From NCBI GenBank assembly GCA_964016885.1, contig OZ024742.1, positions 257,920,001-257,984,000 of the forward strand: a stretch of 64,000 nt of DNA. Direction: 5' to 3'. The notes below the pieces were generated by a model. It made no database searches and was not told the DNA's origin. It saw only the letters and a list, made by a program, of their open reading frames with translations. Source of the stretch: Eledone cirrhosa. Its lineage: Eukaryota. This document shows, in pieces, positions 58,001-64,000 of this stretch (position 1 is its first letter; every line of letters starts with the position of its first letter). The position numbers and the translations under genes are program-made.

Positions 58001-60718
58001 TTGTGGTCTGAATAGGAAACCAGGTGCATTTGTGGACAGCTTAATGTTTCCTTATCATTCTGTCTAATTAAAAATCTATCTAAATACGATCTAGAAAACC
58101 CAGTGCGGTTGCGCGACGTCCACAGTGGTGCACTTGGGAAGTCTAGTCGATATCTATCAGCCAGTTGGAATTGGCTGATGAGATTTTTGAGGCTATTACA
58201 CCCACTCTATTATCACAAGCTCCTACATAGTCCCAACGTGCGTCTAAGATGCCATTCCAGTCCCCCGCTAACATTAAGGGGCGAGACGTTTCCAGGAATG
58301 GCTCCAGACGCTTGAAGAACTCTTGTCGCGATGTCCCAGTCAGGGCATATACGGCCACCAGTCTGAAAGCTCCACCTTCACTACCATTCACGTCCAGGAC
58401 CACTAAGCTGCTCTCCGGGTCCAAGTGAATCGTCTGTATTTTCAGATCCAAGTTTTTTAGAAACAGAACAGCAACTCCCCTCCACCTCCTGGCTGACAGA
58501 GAGATGCGTAGATCTCAAAATCATCGAACATGGGGGTTAGCTACTGCTTGTCGTGAATCCTGGACTCGGACAATGTGACCTGAGATCATTTAAAAGCTGG
58601 TCTGTTTCCAGGACATGCCAAGGCCACGTACATTCAAACACCCAGCTTCTATAGTCGCCAAGTTGGTGAAGAAGGGTTAAGGAGAGAAAAGGCAGGAACA
58701 CTTACTTTTCGTTTCCTGGAGGTCGGGTTGTTTGATCTCCATGTCCAGATTGTTGGTGTTTGGGGAGAGAGGGAATCCTTTTAGCAGGACACGGTTAAGG
58801 GGCATGTGGGAAGTTCTCTTTTAAAGTTTCATACTGTAGGGTTGTTACCCTGATAAGTTTGAGGTTTGGGGGTGGGTCGTTGGTGGGGAAGGTTTTCCCT
58901 TCCGTTTGTATTGTGGGGTCCTTTCGACAGTTTCCACCAGTTCTTTGTTTCTTCTTTTTATGTATGTGTAGTGTGTTTTGTTTTTTATGTGTACTGTTTC
59001 TGTTTGTAGTTTTCTTTTTGTGGTTGGGGTTTGTGATTGTGGTGGCGTGGGGGTTTGTTTTGTTGGTGAAGTGTTTTGTTGTGTTGGTGGTGATTGTGTT
59101 GTTGGTGTGTTTGTCGTTTGTGGCGGTGTGTTTATGGTGGGATTGGGTATGTGCGTGTTTTCTGTAGATGTTTTTGTGTCTTTTTTGTGTCTTTTTTCTT
59201 TTTGGGATTGTTGGGGTTCCTCTTCATTCTCACCTGGAGATGTAGACGCTCCCGTGTCTGAGACTTCTGAATCAGGGGTAGATTGGAGTGGTATGTTGTG
59301 TGGTGGAGTGTTTGTGCAGGTATTTGTGGAAGTATTTGACAGGGGGGAGGGAAGAAGCAATGGAGGGTGTTTCAGTGGGATTTTGTGTGTGAGGTTGTAT
59401 CTGGTCTGTGGTGGTGTGGGAGTGGATGTTGCAGGTGTTTGTATTGTGTTTGGTTTGGAGTGTTGATGTTGAGGATTTGGTGTTGGTAATATCACCTTGT
59501 CGTCGGTTTGTTTAAGAGAGGCAAAATGCCTTTATGTGTGTGGTTTTCCCACTGGCACTGAAGTATTTTCTCCTCCACTAAAATGGAGGTGACATCTTCC
59601 TCAAGGACGATGCTGTCCGGTATTTTCTCAACTCTCTCTGGCCTCATTTGTACCAGAACCTCGATGCAGGTTCCAAACCAGTGATGCCGGTCTGTCCTGT
59701 TTACAGATAGGAGGGTGTCGACATCCTTCTTCAGGATGCAGCGTAGTATCCAGCATATGTTGACCTCTGCTGGGATCCTGGTTATTTTTATTTTGTAGGA
59801 TCTTCTTCCCATGTATGTGGGGAAGAAGTTGTGTTGATCCGTTTTTATTGGGTGAACCGAGTGTTTTTGTGCCAGAGTTTCGCTCTTAAAGAGCACTGAC
59901 AGACTTACATACTGTTTACCTCTTTGGAGGTATGCCACGTCTGGCTTGATGTCTTTTAGTGCAGCTTCGATAGTGCTTGTTGGGAGCGTTAAGGGTTTTT
60001 TGGTAGTGATGTCAACTATTCTATAAATTAGCTTCTTTTTCTGTGTCATTTCTCTTACTTGTGGGGGTATGTGTATGTGTGGGGTGTCTCCATCAAACGT
60101 CACATAGTTGGAAGCTTCTTCCAAATATTAGGACTTTTGGGAAATATCCATGGAGTAGTAACTGTTGCTGCAAATGAAATTTTGTTATTGTTGTTGTTGC
60201 CACTGATTCCTTTTGTTGTGTTGTTGTTGTTCTCATTTATTGTGTTGTTGTTGTTGTTGGTTGTGGTGGCATTCGTGTTTGCTACACATACTTCCTTCTG
60301 TGTGTGGATACATGTGACGTTTGTGACGTCCGGCATGTTCAGTTGCTTACAAGCAGCTGAAGCTTGTTTCTCTTCTAAATGCAGAGGCGGTAATGTTGGC
60401 ATTCCTTTGTCCATGTCTGCTACTACCTGCTGGTCTAATAGGCATGGCTTTCCCTTCCCATCTTCTTGTTTTGACGAAGAAGTAGGTGCCTTTGCTTCAG
60501 CCATTTTTTTTTTAATTGAATTGTATTTGCAAACACCTTTTTCGAAAAATATTTTGGATGTTTTTCCCCAAGGGGCACGATATTTTGGGAGACTGACCAG
60601 ATCAAAATTTGACCTGTCTCTCCCTCTACAAATTGATATAAAAATAAAAGTTCACAATGACGAATTTCTAAAAAAATTTAAACAAAACTTACCGAGCAAG
60701 TTTAACACATATGTCCAT
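55045..60718 (-). mobile_element. Tx1/L1-clade LINE copy A, near full-length (ORF1 about 58845-60504, ORF2 about 55283-58660), decayed
   Basis: APE (LAGDWN, SDHKLV, GFWKLN), RT (KSPGLDG, FRPIILLN, LDQSKAFDRVD, IRQGCPL, AYADDI), CPRC..ET..H...C; many stops and frameshifts; (TATC)n-like repeats at both ends. Confidence 0.9.
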
Positions 60719-60786
60719 CCCAGATAGATAGATGATAGATAGATGGATAAATAGGTAGATATATAAATAGATAGATATATAGATAA

Positions 60787-63680
60787 GTTTCTTTTATTTG
60801 CCACTAGGGCATCAAAAGTGGGACAAGTACAAAGGGGGGAGTTTACACAAAAAGGCGTCCTCAATAAGGAGGAGGCAATAACAAAATATAAAAATAAAAT
60901 AAGATATAACAAAAAATAAAATTTTTAACAAAATCCTCAATAGAGAGGAGGCGCCTTGGGGGGTCGCACACACCCCCGAAAAAAGTGTGCAACCCTTTTC
61001 CTCAGGAGCACAGAGAGGGGGTGCTCCCTCGTTCCTTCCTCTTTTCCACCTACAGGCTTATGTAAAGAGAAGGCCCATTCACACGGGCCATTCTCGCCAC
61101 TTTCACCCACCTTTCATAAAAACGACTGGGGTGCAGCACCTCTCTCTCCATCCTGATCCTTCTTCCGAAATGATATCGGAAGAAACGGACCAGTTGTTGG
61201 CCAGAGAGAAAGGTGCCTGACCTCAGTCCTTTCAGACGCGTCCACCATACAACCTCTTTCGCCATGGCTATTACGCACAGAAGCACCGCCTCTGCTTCAT
61301 CTTTGAAGGAGGGAGGCGGCTTGATCATTACAATAGACTCGGTGGTCAACCGGATCGGTCCCACCCTTGACAGCAGTTGTTCGACATAGCCCCACAGATC
61401 GGCTACGCCCGAGCAGTGTACCAATGCGTGTGCAACGGTTTCCTCGTCGCACACGCATCTGGGACAGATCTTTTTGGCGGGGTCCCTACCCGGGCGCCCG
61501 TGTCTGTAGAGCCTTTCTCGAACGGGTAAAGCCCCTCGGTAGCACTGCCAGGCCAGGGACTTCTGGAAGTTGTCCATAGGTCCCGGGCTGAATGTCCTAC
61601 CGAACAGGCTGGCCAGTTCGTCCTCCTCCATGTCTAGGGCTTCTCGGAGGGCGTCGTCGCACCTGCTGCGTACCAGCCCTCTATAGAATGTTGCGGTGGA
61701 GTCTCCACTGATAACCGGATCCGCCTGCCAGAGGGCGGTGAGCGCCTGGGCACACTCAGTGTGCCAGGCGCCCAGTTTTCTCGGTCTCTGCTTGACCCAG
61801 GATTGCAGTTCGGTGAGTGAGACGAGTCTGGGAAAGGTTCGTCTCACAAACGGGGCCCACACCGGTTGTCCGGTGAGGAATACGTAGAGGTGCCGTAGCC
61901 TTAATGCGTGTTTACGCATCATTAGCCACGGCATCCCCAGCCCTCCTTTCGAAGGGTGTTGACAGCAGATGGATCTCCTCACCATAGGAGCCCGCCCCTT
62001 CCAAAGGAATTGGAAGAGCGCGCGCTCCATCTTGGTGAGGGTTTCCCTTGGGCAGGGCACTACGGTCAGGCGGTAGTAGATGACGGACGCTATATAAGTG
62101 TTCGCCACCTCCGCCCGACCTTTCAGGGATAGTTTGCAACTGGCCCACTTCTGGGTCAGTGCAAACACCCTGTTCGTAACCTCCGCCCAGTTTTTCTCCA
62201 CCTGGAGGTCCGGTCCGAACCAGACCCCGAGCAACTTCACCGGGCCCTCCGTCCAGCGTCCGACGACGCCATCGGAGGGCATCGGTCTGCCCCTCCACGT
62301 GCCGAGTTGCAAACCGATCGACTTGTCCCGGTTCAGCTTAGCCCCTGTGAACTTTTCGTACTCCTCCAGTAAGGTGCCGACCGCCTCGATTTCGGAGGCC
62401 GTCGACACCATTACTGTCACATCATCGGCGTAGGCTGACACCGCTTTCCGCAATCCCGGTTCCAAAGGGATGCGCTGCAACAACTCCAACTTCCGCAGTA
62501 GTGGCTCGAGAGTCAACACATACAGAAGGGAGGAGAGAGGGCACCCTTGTCGGATGGACCGCGCGATTTTGAACGGCTCCGAGAGGTAGCCGTTCACCTT
62601 GACCCTAGAGCAGATGCGGCTGCTGTGCATAGCAGTGATCCAGCCCCTGAAAACGGGTCCGAAGCCTGCCGCCGCTAGCACCGCATCCAGGTAACCATGG
62701 TCGACCCTATCGAACGCCTTAGATTGATCCAAGTTGATCAGAGCCCCACCAAAGCCGGGTTCGTTCCCAACCCTCTCTATGATGTATCGCATGAGGTGGA
62801 GGTTGTCATGGATGGACCTGGACGGGATAGCGCATGTCTGCGCATCTCCCACCAGGTTGCCCACGACAAGCGCCAACCTCTTTGCTAGCACCTTGGCCAA
62901 AATCTGTAACTCTGTATTTAGCAGAGTTATGGGCCTGAAGTTACTTATTTCGTCCCCCTTGTTCTCGTCCTTCCTCACTAGCGTGACTACGCCCTTGGTC
63001 ACAGTACAGGGAATTCTCCCGTTCTGTTGCCAGTTGCAGTAGACCGCCTCGAGGAGATCGGGGAACAAGTCCGGCATAGCTAGATATAATTCGTAAGGAA
63101 GACCATCGAGACCCGGGGATTTGCGTTTGCCGCATTGGCCCAGCACGTCCTCTATCTCAGCGGCCGAAATCGGCTCCTCGCAAGACTTCGCCTCCCTGTC
63201 CGAGAGGCGCGGCAGGCCGTCGAGGTATGGACCGAAGTCCACGTTTCCAACCGGCTCCCCGCCCCTCCCGAACAGTCGGGCAAAGTGCCTTTGAAAGGCC
63301 TCACACATCTGCTTAGGCTCAAGAATCGCCCGTCCATCCAGGTCTCGCAAAGACCGGATGGTGGATTTAGTTCCACTGTTGGCCTCTGTCACGCGGGCCC
63401 AGCTAACAGCTTTGGCCCCCTCGTTCCCTAGAGCACGTATTTTACTTCGGACAACGCAGCCTTCGTGCTTCGCGTCGAAAAACTGGCTCAAAGCCGTTCT
63501 CGACGCTAGCACTCTGGCCACGTCGCCGCTTCTAATTGCCTCTTCTACTCTATCTATTAGCTCCCTTTCCTTCCTATTCCTATCCGCAGCTAGAACCTTA
63601 CTAAATTCAATCGAGACTACTCTAATCTCTCTCTTTAGAGATACCCACCACCTGCTGTTGACGATCGCTCCAGTCAACCG
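60787..63680 (-). mobile_element. Tx1/L1-clade LINE copy B, 5'-truncated
   Basis: ORF2 fragment plus 3' UTR ending gccctagtggcaaataaaagaaac-(TATC)n. Confidence 0.92.
61050..63677 (-). CDS. Uninterrupted 875-aa ORF2 fragment (RT plus C-terminal CCHC zinc finger; APE domain missing)
   Basis: KSPGLDGLPYE, FRPITLLN, LDQSKAFDRVDH, IRQGCPLS, AYADDV, CPRC...ETVAHALVHC. Confidence 0.9.
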   Translation of the reverse strand: MTGAIVNSRWWVSLKREIRVVSIEFSKVLAADRNRKERELIDRVEEAIRSGDVARVLASRTALSQFFDAKHEGCVVRSKIRALGNEGAKAVSWARVTEANSGTKSTIRSLRDLDGRAILEPKQMCEAFQRHFARLFGRGGEPVGNVDFGPYLDGLPRLSDREAKSCEEPISAAEIEDVLGQCGKRKSPGLDGLPYELYLAMPDLFPDLLEAVYCNWQQNGRIPCTVTKGVVTLVRKDENKGDEISNFRPITLLNTELQILAKVLAKRLALVVGNLVGDAQTCAIPSRSIHDNLHLMRYIIERVGNEPGFGGALINLDQSKAFDRVDHGYLDAVLAAAGFGPVFRGWITAMHSSRICSRVKVNGYLSEPFKIARSIRQGCPLSSLLYVLTLEPLLRKLELLQRIPLEPGLRKAVSAYADDVTVMVSTASEIEAVGTLLEEYEKFTGAKLNRDKSIGLQLGTWRGRPMPSDGVVGRWTEGPVKLLGVWFGPDLQVEKNWAEVTNRVFALTQKWASCKLSLKGRAEVANTYIASVIYYRLTVVPCPRETLTKMERALFQFLWKGRAPMVRRSICCQHPSKGGLGMPWLMMRKHALRLRHLYVFLTGQPVWAPFVRRTFPRLVSLTELQSWVKQRPRKLGAWHTECAQALTALWQADPVISGDSTATFYRGLVRSRCDDALREALDMEEDELASLFGRTFSPGPMDNFQKSLAWQCYRGALPVRERLYRHGRPGRDPAKKICPRCVCDEETVAHALVHCSGVADLWGYVEQLLSRVGPIRLTTESIVMIKPPPSFKDEAEAVLLCVIAMAKEVVWWTRLKGLRSGTFLSGQQLVRFFRYHFGRRIRMEREVLHPSRFYERWVKVARMARVNGPSLYISL

Positions 63681-63685
63681 TTCCT

Positions 63686-64000
63686 TATAGATATGTTTCT
63701 TTTATTTGCCACTAGGGCATCAAACGTGGGACAAGTACAAGATAGATAGATAGATAGATAGATAGATATGTTTCTTTTATTTGCCACCAGGGCATCAAAA
63801 GTGGGACAAGTACAATGGGGGGAGTTTACAAAACAAGGTGTCCTCAATAAGGAGGAGGCAATAACAATATATAAAAATAAATATAAAATATAGCAAAAAA
63901 TAAAATGTATAACATAGTCCTCAATAGAGAGGAGGCGCCTTGGGGAGTCGCACACACCCCCGAAAAAAGTGTGCAAACCTTTTCCTCAGGAGCACAGAGA
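63686..64000 (-). mobile_element. About 50-bp mini 3'-end copy (63690-63740) and 3' UTR of Tx1 copy C (63770 to window end)
   Basis: Both match the 3' end of copy B (60787-61018); separated by (GATA)n. Confidence 0.88.

Overview
AT-rich, microsatellite-saturated animal genomic DNA. The SINE and LINE families look like those of octopod cephalopods (inference). I found no supportable host protein-coding gene; nearly all short ORFs in the track are (TA)n/(CA)n/(GA)n artefacts. The window is a retroelement graveyard: Penelope-like elements (PLEs) of at least three clades (Naiad-type, Neptune-type and a third type), two to three RTE LINEs, an R4/Dong-type RLE LINE fragment, a head-to-tail array of Tx1/L1-clade LINEs and about ten tRNA-derived SINEs. 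The hidden layer is RNA. Reading both strands by eye gives about 20 type I hammerhead ribozyme (HHR) motifs, intact or decayed, from more than ten different repeat families, most with palindromic stem III. Some have very long stem II and some have non-canonical cores (UUGAUAA, CCGANGA). The best candidate for an undescribed system is a non-coding retrozyme-like element at 40895-41808. It has two apparently identical HHRs exactly 591 nt apart, which predicts a self-excised 591-nt (possibly circular) RNA. Related non-coding partial-tandem units of about 520 and 610 nt and many fold-back palindromes carrying HHRs also occur, mostly embedded in (TA)n. All structure calls are manual and need computational or biochemical confirmation.
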